A stretch of DNA of 64,000 bases from a virus. The first letter of the stretch is position 1. Each line of letters starts with the position of its first letter. Of the stretch, positions 45,818 to 52,772 are shown in pieces. Location: the IMG/VR virus record IMGVR_UViG_3300003323_001324, positions 1 to 64,000 of that record; one strand, 5' to 3'. The notes below the pieces were generated by a model. It had not been told where the DNA came from, made no database searches, and saw only the letters and a program-made list of their open reading frames with translations. Both the position numbers and the translations under genes were made by a program.

Positions 45818-47230
45818 ATGAAGACCGACTCTGTTCTCCGCATGCACCGACTCGTCGGGAACATCCTCGACACCGACAGTTACAAGTTCAGCCACTGGCT
45901 CCAGGACCCTCCCGGGACCACAAACTCGGGTTTCTACCTCTCCTCGAGGGGCGGGAAGTTCGCGAACACGATCTTCTTCGGCCTTCAGCGCTTCTGCAAG
46001 GAGGAGCTGGCGGAGCCTGTCACCCTCGAGCAGATCGACTATGCCTCGGCGAACCTGCCGAAGCATGGGACGCCCTTCAACCGCGAGGGGTGGCTCCGCG
46101 TCCTGGAGAAGCACCGCGGCTACCTCCCTATCCGCATCCGCGCCGTGAGGGAGGGGACCGTCGTCCCCTCCGGGAACGTCCTCCTCGACGTCCGTTCCAC
46201 CGACCCTGATCTCCCCTGGGTCTCTGGCTACGTCGAGACCCAGATGGTCCGCGGCTGGGCGCCGATCACCATCTCCACGAAGAGCTATTACGGCAAGAAG
46301 ATCATCTTCAAGCACCTCCTGAGGTCCTCGGACGACCCGCTCGGGGAGCTCCCCTTCAAGCTCCACGACTTCGGCGGCCGCGGCGTCACGAGCCGCCAGC
46401 ACGCCGGCATTGGCGGCATGGCCCACCTCGTCAACTTCATGGGGACGGACACGTACATGGGCGTCCTCTATGCAGAGGGCTACTACGGGGAGCCCATGGC
46501 CGGCTTCAGCGTCCCGGCCGCCGAGCACTCGACTGCCTGCAAGTGGGGCAAGGCCCGCCATGGCGAGTTCTATCGCCACATGTTCAAGGCGTTCGGGAAG
46601 AAGGGGTGCGTCTGGGCCTGCGTCTCGGACACCTACGACTACTACGACACGGTCGAGAACGAGTGGGGCGGCTCCCTCGGCCGCGAGATCGCCGAGAGCG
46701 GCTCGACCGTGGTCTGCCGCCCTGACTCCGGCGTCCCCGTCGACGTCGTCCTCAAGACCCTCGAGATCCTGGACCGGAAGGTCGGGACCGTGAAGAACAA
46801 GAAGGGCTACAAGGTCCTCCCGCCCTGGATCCGCATCATCCAGGGCGACGGGGTTGGCCTCGACCCTATCGACGAGATCTACGAGGCCATCGAGGCCCGC
46901 GGGTTCTCCTCGACGAACGTCGGGTTCGGGATGGGCGGCGAGCTCCAGCAGAAGGGCATCGACCGCGACACCAACAAGTTCGCCTACAAGTGCTGGGACG
47001 CGACCATCGACGGCGAGGTCCACGAGATCTTCAAGGACCCGGCCACCGACCCCGGGAAGCGAAGCCTCGCCGGGCAGCACTCTCTCATCCTCGAGCGCGG
47101 CCAACTCAGCACCGTGAAGGGCGAGCTCCCCGGCAACCTCCTGGAGCCCGTGTGGGACACCGGGGACGTCCTCCGCGACCAGAGCTTCTCCGAGGTCCGC
47201 AAGTTGGCCGGCGCGGAGTTTACCCTCTGA
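45818..47230 (+). CDS. nadV: Nicotinamide phosphoribosyltransferase (NAMPT family)
   Basis: DTDSYKFSH, HDFGGRG, PAAEHS, SDTYD, RPDSG, IQGDG, FGMGG, RDT..FAYK. Confidence 0.9.
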   Translation: MKTDSVLRMHRLVGNILDTDSYKFSHWLQDPPGTTNSGFYLSSRGGKFANTIFFGLQRFCKEELAEPVTLEQIDYASANLPKHGTPFNREGWLRVLEKHRGYLPIRIRAVREGTVVPSGNVLLDVRSTDPDLPWVSGYVETQMVRGWAPITISTKSYYGKKIIFKHLLRSSDDPLGELPFKLHDFGGRGVTSRQHAGIGGMAHLVNFMGTDTYMGVLYAEGYYGEPMAGFSVPAAEHSTACKWGKARHGEFYRHMFKAFGKKGCVWACVSDTYDYYDTVENEWGGSLGREIAESGSTVVCRPDSGVPVDVVLKTLEILDRKVGTVKNKKGYKVLPPWIRIIQGDGVGLDPIDEIYEAIEARGFSSTNVGFGMGGELQQKGIDRDTNKFAYKCWDATIDGEVHEIFKDPATDPGKRSLAGQHSLILERGQLSTVKGELPGNLLEPVWDTGDVLRDQSFSEVRKLAGAEFTL

Positions 47231-47231
47231 C

Positions 47232-48365
47232 ATGTTCCCTCACGCCCCGATGTTCCGGTCCGCCGGAGTAAGCATTCACGTCATCTGCGCCGGAGCGGGC
47301 GCCGGCCTGCAGAAGCGCCTCTGGGAGGTCCCCGGGTCCTCGGACTACCTGTCCGGGGCCTCCCTTCCCTACCGGGCGAAGGAGACGAACCGGACCCTCG
47401 GCTTCGTCCCCGGGAGCTACGTCTCCCAGGCCACGGCCGTCGACTTCGCCTGCGTCGCGTACGGCCGAGCCTACGACTTCGGGGAGAAGAGGCCGATCGG
47501 CCTCGGCCTCACCGCCTCGGTCGCCAGCGAGCACGAGCACCGGGGCGACCACCGCATCCACGCCTGCGTCATCTCCGACGAGAAGGTCATCGTCGTGAAC
47601 ATGACGCTGGCAAAGGGGGTCGGGTTCGATGCGAGGGAGGCGGACGGGGAGATCGCCGACGCCCTGGGCCTCTCCCTCCTCTGCGCCGTCATCGACCCCG
47701 GGTGGCACGACGCGATGGTGAAGATCGGGGTCGGCGACGAGACCGAGTACTCGGTGCAGATGGAGGACGGGACATCCTACGCCCTGGAGAGATTCTACGA
47801 GCGCCCCTTCTTCGGGACGAACGGGTCCCGCTCCTCAACCCTCCCGGAGAAAGGGTGCGTCCTCTATCCCGGCTCCTACAACCCTCCCCATCCCGGCCAC
47901 CACGAGGTCGCGAGGGCGGTCGAGCTCGCCTCCGGCAAGCCCGTCGTCTTCCACGTCACCGCGGACGGCCCCCACAAGGCCCCGCTCGGCCTCCAGGACC
48001 TGCTGAAGCGCGCCCGGGGCCTGAGGGGGCACGACCGGTTTTTCACCCGGGGCGACGCCCTCTACGTCGACAAGGCCCGCCGTTTCCCGGGGACCCCCAT
48101 CGCCATGGGGGCCGACGCCATGGCGAACATGCTGGACCCGAAGTGGGGCCCCTCGGTCATGCCCATCCTCTACGAGATGGCGCAGCTCGGGACGCGCTTC
48201 TACGTCTCGGACCGGCCGGTCGCGGGCGAGCTTCTGACGATGCAGAAGGTCCTCGAGAGGTCCGGGGTCTCCGACGTCGACCTCGTCCACCAGCTGTTCG
48301 TCCGCGTCGAGGGGAACTGGGACTTCTCCTCCACCCGGGAGCGCGCCTTGGTCTCCCGGACGTAA
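47232..48365 (+). CDS. CinA-like domain fused to an HxGH nucleotidyltransferase (probable NMN adenylyltransferase)
   Basis: VPGSS..L..A..PY at the N-terminus; YPGSYNPPHPGH, MGAD, SST. Confidence 0.78.
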   Translation: MFPHAPMFRSAGVSIHVICAGAGAGLQKRLWEVPGSSDYLSGASLPYRAKETNRTLGFVPGSYVSQATAVDFACVAYGRAYDFGEKRPIGLGLTASVASEHEHRGDHRIHACVISDEKVIVVNMTLAKGVGFDAREADGEIADALGLSLLCAVIDPGWHDAMVKIGVGDETEYSVQMEDGTSYALERFYERPFFGTNGSRSSTLPEKGCVLYPGSYNPPHPGHHEVARAVELASGKPVVFHVTADGPHKAPLGLQDLLKRARGLRGHDRFFTRGDALYVDKARRFPGTPIAMGADAMANMLDPKWGPSVMPILYEMAQLGTRFYVSDRPVAGELLTMQKVLERSGVSDVDLVHQLFVRVEGNWDFSSTRERALVSRT

Positions 48366-48377
48366 TCTCCCGCCGCG

Positions 48378-48593
48378 ATGGCGACGGAGAGGATCGGAGA
48401 CTGGGTGTGCACCGACGAGAATGGCTTCAGGGCCGCCTACTGCATGCGCGGTCCTGAGGCCATGAGCGTCAGCTACGACGTCAGGGACCCCCACCTCCTC
48501 GCCTACGGCCGGATCCCGCGGGAGGTCGTCCTCTGGATGATCAGGGACCCCGAGCCGGCCAAGGAGCCTTTGGTCGAGCCGGCCCCGGGCTGA
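48378..48593 (+). CDS. Hypothetical protein
   Basis: GTAATCT motif upstream. Confidence 0.6.
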   Translation: MATERIGDWVCTDENGFRAAYCMRGPEAMSVSYDVRDPHLLAYGRIPREVVLWMIRDPEPAKEPLVEPAPG

Positions 48594-48637
48594 CCATGTC
48601 CTGCAGAGGCCTCGGATGTAGGGGAGCCGGAGAACAG

Positions 48638-48931
48638 ATGCCCGAGAACAAGGAGATCCGGAGCGTGCTCTCGAAGTGCCGGGCCCGGCACATGGAGGCA
48701 GAGCGCCAGCTCATGGCCGAGAGCCCCCACGCGCTTGGCGACAGGCGCTACCTCGTCGCCGGCACAGCCGAGCGCGGCTGCTATCAGGCCGGCTATCTCG
48801 CCGCCCTGAGGGACGTGATGTCCCTCCTGGAGGTAGGCGGGGACTTCCCGTCCCTCAGGCCGTCATCACCCAGTGCGTCAGCAGCTTCTCTCGGTGCTGG
48901 AAATGCCAGTCCCACTCGATCGTCAGGCTGA
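48638..48931 (+). CDS. Hypothetical protein
   Basis: GGAG RBS before MPENKE; 3' end overlaps the convergent gene. Confidence 0.55.
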   Translation: MPENKEIRSVLSKCRARHMEAERQLMAESPHALGDRRYLVAGTAERGCYQAGYLAALRDVMSLLEVGGDFPSLRPSSPSASAASLGAGNASPTRSSG

Positions 48932-49169
48932 CGACCGTGTCCGACCCGATGGTCGCCCGGGCGGGGATGGCGAGCACTCGCTTCGCCCCCACGAGGCCCG
49001 AGCTCTTGAACGCCTCCCTCGCCCCCTCGTCGGGGAACTCGTACCATCTTCCGGCGACGTTCCCCTTTCTCTCCTTGTAGTCCTTCTCCGATATCATCCG
49101 AAGGCGAACGGAGCCTGGGAAGATGAGAGCTACCTCCCTGATCCGGACCCGAGTAGTATCCGTCTCCAC
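48855..49169 (-). CDS. Hypothetical protein with C-terminal VMTA tag
   Basis: GTAGGGC motif 5 nt before GTG; ends LTHWVMTA*. Confidence 0.65.
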   Translation of the reverse strand: METDTTRVRIREVALIFPGSVRLRMISEKDYKERKGNVAGRWYEFPDEGAREAFKSSGLVGAKRVLAIPARATIGSDTVVSLTIEWDWHFQHREKLLTHWVMTA

Positions 49170-49228
49170 TCCTGGCCCTACGCCGCCCGGCTCCCGACCT
49201 CCGCGGCCTTTTATCGCCCCGGCCTGGC

Positions 49229-49633
49229 ATGCGCAGGGTAGCTAGCGGTGACGCCGTGTTCGAGGCCTTCGACAAGGCGATCGAGTCCTATCTCGCCAAG
49301 AACCGCGCGGCGATAGAGAAGGAGTACAAGGCCGCGGCCGGGAGGCCCGTCCAGGACTCCGAGATCGACTCCTTCATCTCCGGGCTCGGCGACTCCGTCT
49401 ACTCCGGTATCTCCATCGACCCTGGTCACCTGAAGCGCTTCGTCGACTTCTACGTCGGCGACGACAAGATGCAGAAGGTCGTCTCGGCCGCCATCGAGCA
49501 GGCGACCCAGTACCCTCCCGCCCGCGCGGCCTCGGACATCTCGGCCATCGCGGCCGCCCTCGACTCCTCCAGGAGCCCGAGCCTCTCCAAGCTCTCTTCC
49601 GCGATCTCCTCGGTCCTCCGCCGCCTCGGCTGA
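49229..49633 (+). CDS. Putative late/head protein
   Basis: CCTTTTAT-N14-ATG; starts MRRVAS; C-terminal module shared with ORF 1400. Confidence 0.7.
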   Translation: MRRVASGDAVFEAFDKAIESYLAKNRAAIEKEYKAAAGRPVQDSEIDSFISGLGDSVYSGISIDPGHLKRFVDFYVGDDKMQKVVSAAIEQATQYPPARAASDISAIAAALDSSRSPSLSKLSSAISSVLRRLG

Positions 49634-49634
49634 C

Positions 49635-50165
49635 TCAGAACGGCGCGACGCACACGACCGCGTCCTCGGTCGTGTCCCTGCCCGTCTCCACGCGCTCGAC
49701 CCACTCGGCGGCGGCGTCGAGAAAGCGCTTCGCCCGCCCCTCCATCTCCTTCCCGGAGAGCTCTCCGGCCTGTATCTTCCGGACCCCGGACCCGAGCTCG
49801 TAGAGCGCGGCCAGGAGGTTCCTCGGCATGTACGCCATACCCCTCTCCATCCTCTCTGCCAGGAGGTCCTTCAGGTCGTCCGGCCGCTCCGCCAGGTCTG
49901 CTTTCCACTTGAGCCTCATGGAGGTCGCAGCCAGCAGGTTCGCGGTCTTGTTGTGCCCGGCGTCCGCCGCCCAGTCGTCGAGGGAGAACTCGGCCGTCCC
50001 CGCCGCCGTGCACAGGGCGGACACCGCCCTGTCGCCGGCCTCTCCGGCCGCCCTTCGGATGGCCCGGACGAGCTTTACCCTATAGGTGACGTCCGTGACT
50101 TCCCGAACGGCCTCGGCGACCTCCTGCAGCGCCCTCGAGGCCTCTCTTGTTTCCGGGATGTTCAT
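49635..50165 (-). CDS. Hypothetical helical protein
   Basis: Purine-rich minus-strand ORF filling the gap. Confidence 0.65.
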   Translation of the reverse strand: MNIPETREASRALQEVAEAVREVTDVTYRVKLVRAIRRAAGEAGDRAVSALCTAAGTAEFSLDDWAADAGHNKTANLLAATSMRLKWKADLAERPDDLKDLLAERMERGMAYMPRNLLAALYELGSGVRKIQAGELSGKEMEGRAKRFLDAAAEWVERVETGRDTTEDAVVCVAPF

Positions 50166-50210
50166 GTCGTTCTGCCTGTAAGTGCGACCTTCCTCGTTTT
50201 ACGCCCGAGA

Positions 50211-50417
50211 GTGAGAGCCATCGTATTGCTCGCCGCCCTGCTCTCCTCTCCGTCAGACCGGTACGAGGTTCACAGGCAGTGCCACGACTGCCTGAGCGCC
50301 TGTCGTCGCTCGCAGGACCGCACGTCCTGCGAGACGGCCTGTCGGATCTCCAAGGCCTCCTCCTGCCGGTCTCGCGGCCTCGGGCCCGGCCCCACCAACA
50401 CCTGTGATTGCACCTAA
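50211..50417 (+). CDS. Small secreted-type Cys-rich peptide (68 aa)
   Basis: Hydrophobic N-terminus followed by 8 Cys; stop overlaps the next ATG. Confidence 0.5.
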   Translation: MRAIVLLAALLSSPSDRYEVHRQCHDCLSACRRSQDRTSCETACRISKASSCRSRGLGPGPTNTCDCT

Positions 50418-50974
50418 TGGAAATCAGACCCCACCGCCGTCTCGTTGTCGCCTATGAGCCTCCGCGCTTCACCGACCTCGTCTCCGTCTCCGAGTCCGTC
50501 TCCGACCTCTCCGACCACGTCGGGGTGGCGAAGTTCAACCACTCCATGTTCGCGTTCACGGACGTCTCCGTCCTTCGTCGCATGTGCGACAGCATCGCCC
50601 TGAAGCTCATGATCGAGTGCTCCGGGAATCCGTCCGCGGCCCTAGGCGCGCTCGAGGGCGGGGCGAACCTCGTCGTGGTCCGTTCCTCGGACCTGCCCCA
50701 TCTTCCCGACAAGAGTAAGGTCCTCGTGCGCGTCGACGCCCCGGAGGACGCCGTCTTCGCCTCCTCCTGCGCCGGCGTGGCGTGCGGTGGGTCGTTCGTC
50801 CAGGGGGTCCGCGTTGCCTACCCGGACGCCGTCATCTTCGCGACCTCCGGCGACGCCGTCACGGCGGTGAAGAACGGCGCCAACTACGTGGTCGTCGGGG
50901 ACTCTGTCCTGGACGCCGAGGATCCCGGGGAGGCCGCCCGCGACCTCGCCGAGGCCTTCCGCCCCTACACGTAA
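50417..50974 (+). CDS. Degenerate OMP-decarboxylase (PyrF)-like TIM barrel
   Basis: RLVVAYE, VAK, AVKNGANYVVVG.SV..AEDP.EAA; catalytic DxKxxD motif absent. Confidence 0.65.
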   Translation: MEIRPHRRLVVAYEPPRFTDLVSVSESVSDLSDHVGVAKFNHSMFAFTDVSVLRRMCDSIALKLMIECSGNPSAALGALEGGANLVVVRSSDLPHLPDKSKVLVRVDAPEDAVFASSCAGVACGGSFVQGVRVAYPDAVIFATSGDAVTAVKNGANYVVVGDSVLDAEDPGEAARDLAEAFRPYT

Positions 50975-50982
50975 AGTGGAGG

Positions 50983-51336
50983 GTGGTCCGGATTCTCCCC
51001 TTTCCCATAGACGTGGTCCGGACCATCGACGAGATGGTCGACGGCCTCGCCGAATACGAGGTGGTCGACGCCCTGAACCGCCTGGACTACCTCTTCGACT
51101 TCAAGCACGTCGGCTTTCGGGGATCCTCCATCGACGAGGCCCGTAAGGCCGACGCGATCGCCAAGGCCGCCCCCGGAGAGAGCGTCTACGAGTATGCCCG
51201 CATCCTGAACCGCTCCTCGAACGTCGAGGCCGAGGCGGCCCGGAAGGGCCGCAACGGCTTCTTCGGGTTCGTCGTCGCGTCGTCCGAGGAGGAGCTCCGG
51301 AACCGCCTGGCGGTCTACACGGTCATGACCTCCTAA
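50983..51336 (+). CDS. Hypothetical protein with C-terminal VMTS tag
   Basis: GTAAAGT motif 5 nt before GTG; ends AVYTVMTS*. Confidence 0.7.
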   Translation: MVRILPFPIDVVRTIDEMVDGLAEYEVVDALNRLDYLFDFKHVGFRGSSIDEARKADAIAKAAPGESVYEYARILNRSSNVEAEAARKGRNGFFGFVVASSEEELRNRLAVYTVMTS

Positions 51337-51353
51337 TTTTGTAAGGTGGGCGC

Positions 51354-51920
51354 ATGGCTTTCATAGGCCTTCGCGTCCCGCACGACGCCGCCCGTCTCTT
51401 GGAGGGGGTCGAGGTCCCCGGGGACCGCCTGTCCGCCTCGGACATGCACGTCACCATCCTCTACCTCGGCAAGAGCGTCCCCATCGTGGAGCTGGCGAAG
51501 GCCATGGTCGCGGCCTTCTCGGTCGCCCGGTCCACCAGTCCCCTCACCCTCACCCTCACCTCTGCCTCGAGCTTCCCGGCCGGGAACGACGGCGTGCCCG
51601 TCATTTGTCGCATTGAGTCCCCGGAGCTCCAGAGGCTCAACGCGGACCTGAAGGCGGAGTTCGGCCGCCTCGGCCTCCCCTTCTCCGACAAGTGGCCTGA
51701 CTACAAGCCCCACGTGACCCTCTCCTACGTGAAGGAGCAGGTCCCCGAGGGCTACTCCGTGGACGTCCCCTTCGGGCCCCTCGTCTTCTCCGCGCACGAG
51801 CTGACCATCTGGGGAGGGGACGACGGCGACGGCCGTGTGAGCATGAGCCTCCCTTTCGTCCTGACTCCGGCCGAGAGGATGGCCTCCAGGGTGGTGGACA
51901 GCTTGTACGGTCCCGCCTGA
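51354..51920 (+). CDS. 2H phosphoesterase (LigT/Acb1-like)
   Basis: Two HxT motifs: MHVTILYLG and YKPHVTLSY. Confidence 0.85.
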   Translation: MAFIGLRVPHDAARLLEGVEVPGDRLSASDMHVTILYLGKSVPIVELAKAMVAAFSVARSTSPLTLTLTSASSFPAGNDGVPVICRIESPELQRLNADLKAEFGRLGLPFSDKWPDYKPHVTLSYVKEQVPEGYSVDVPFGPLVFSAHELTIWGGDDGDGRVSMSLPFVLTPAERMASRVVDSLYGPA

Positions 51921-51939
51921 GGGACACCTGGTCGACACG

Positions 51940-52377
51940 ATGAGCAAGCGGGCCCGGTCCCGCCTGATGTCCAAGATCCGGAGCTCGGGCACGAAGCCCG
52001 AGAAGCTCCTCCGCCGGCTCGTCCGGGAGGCCTCCGGCCTCTCGCTGCGATACAACGTCCCGACCCTCCCCGGGAGTCCCGACGTGGTCGTCCACTCCCT
52101 CCGGATAGCCATCTTCGCCGAGGGCTGCCTCTGGCATCGCTGCCCGACGCACTTCCGGATGCCCAAGTCGAACGTCGAGTTCTGGGAGGACAAGATCCGC
52201 AAGAACGTCCGCCGGGACCGGAGGAACCGGGCCGCGCTCCGGGAGCTCGGGTGGACGGTCTGGCGGATATGGGAGCACGACCTCCGGGTCTCCACCGCTC
52301 CCCGGACTCTCCGGAACCTCCGAAAGCGCTTCCGGAGGTTAGCCCTTCTTTCGGAGGCCCTCTCTCGTGAGGCCTAG
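51940..52377 (+). CDS. vsr: Very-short-patch repair endonuclease
   Basis: RS.LMSKIRS..TKPE, PGSPD, GCLWHRC, FW..KI..N..RD, GW....IWEH. Confidence 0.9.
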   Translation: MSKRARSRLMSKIRSSGTKPEKLLRRLVREASGLSLRYNVPTLPGSPDVVVHSLRIAIFAEGCLWHRCPTHFRMPKSNVEFWEDKIRKNVRRDRRNRAALRELGWTVWRIWEHDLRVSTAPRTLRNLRKRFRRLALLSEALSREA

Positions 52378-52408
52378 ATCCAGGAAGACCCGCCCCGCCG
52401 GCCGCCGC

Positions 52409-52579
52409 ATGGCCCCGGCCGAGGTCGAGTTCGACGTCACGGACGCCGCCCAGGTCTCCGCCCTCGCGGCCTCCATCGACGGGCCCGTCCTCGCCCGGCG
52501 GGAGGACCTCCGCGCGGGCCCGGACTTCGACCCGGCCACGTTCGTCGAGTCCCTCGGGTCCCTCCGCGTCCGGATGTAG
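52409..52579 (+). CDS. Hypothetical small protein (start uncertain)
   Basis: Typical codon usage. Confidence 0.45.
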   Translation: MAPAEVEFDVTDAAQVSALAASIDGPVLARREDLRAGPDFDPATFVESLGSLRVRM

Positions 52580-52588
52580 TCTCCCTCC

Positions 52589-52747
52589 ATGGGACTCTTC
52601 GAGTACATGAACCAGAACCCCCTTGGGACGTTCCTGATCGCGTCAAGCGCCGTCGCCGGTATCATCTCCGTCTTGAACAACGTGGTGAAGGTCTGGGGGG
52701 CCCGGCACAGGGTCGACCCGGACGAGCTCGAGGACACCGAGGACTGA
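52589..52747 (+). CDS. Small single-TM protein with an acidic tail (52 aa)
   Basis: GTAGTCT motif upstream; MGLFEYMNQNPLGTFLIASSAVAGIISVL. Confidence 0.6.
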   Translation: MGLFEYMNQNPLGTFLIASSAVAGIISVLNNVVKVWGARHRVDPDELEDTED

Positions 52748-52772
52748 GCCGTTCCCCGGTATCGTCCGCACG

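Noticed and set aside
45818-47230. NARP1 (Adps + Namat) pathway
   Set aside because: No PRPP-synthetase-like Adps gene is present in the window, and the neighbour is an HxGH adenylyltransferase. This fits the NAMPT + NMNAT route, but is not formally settled without an assay.
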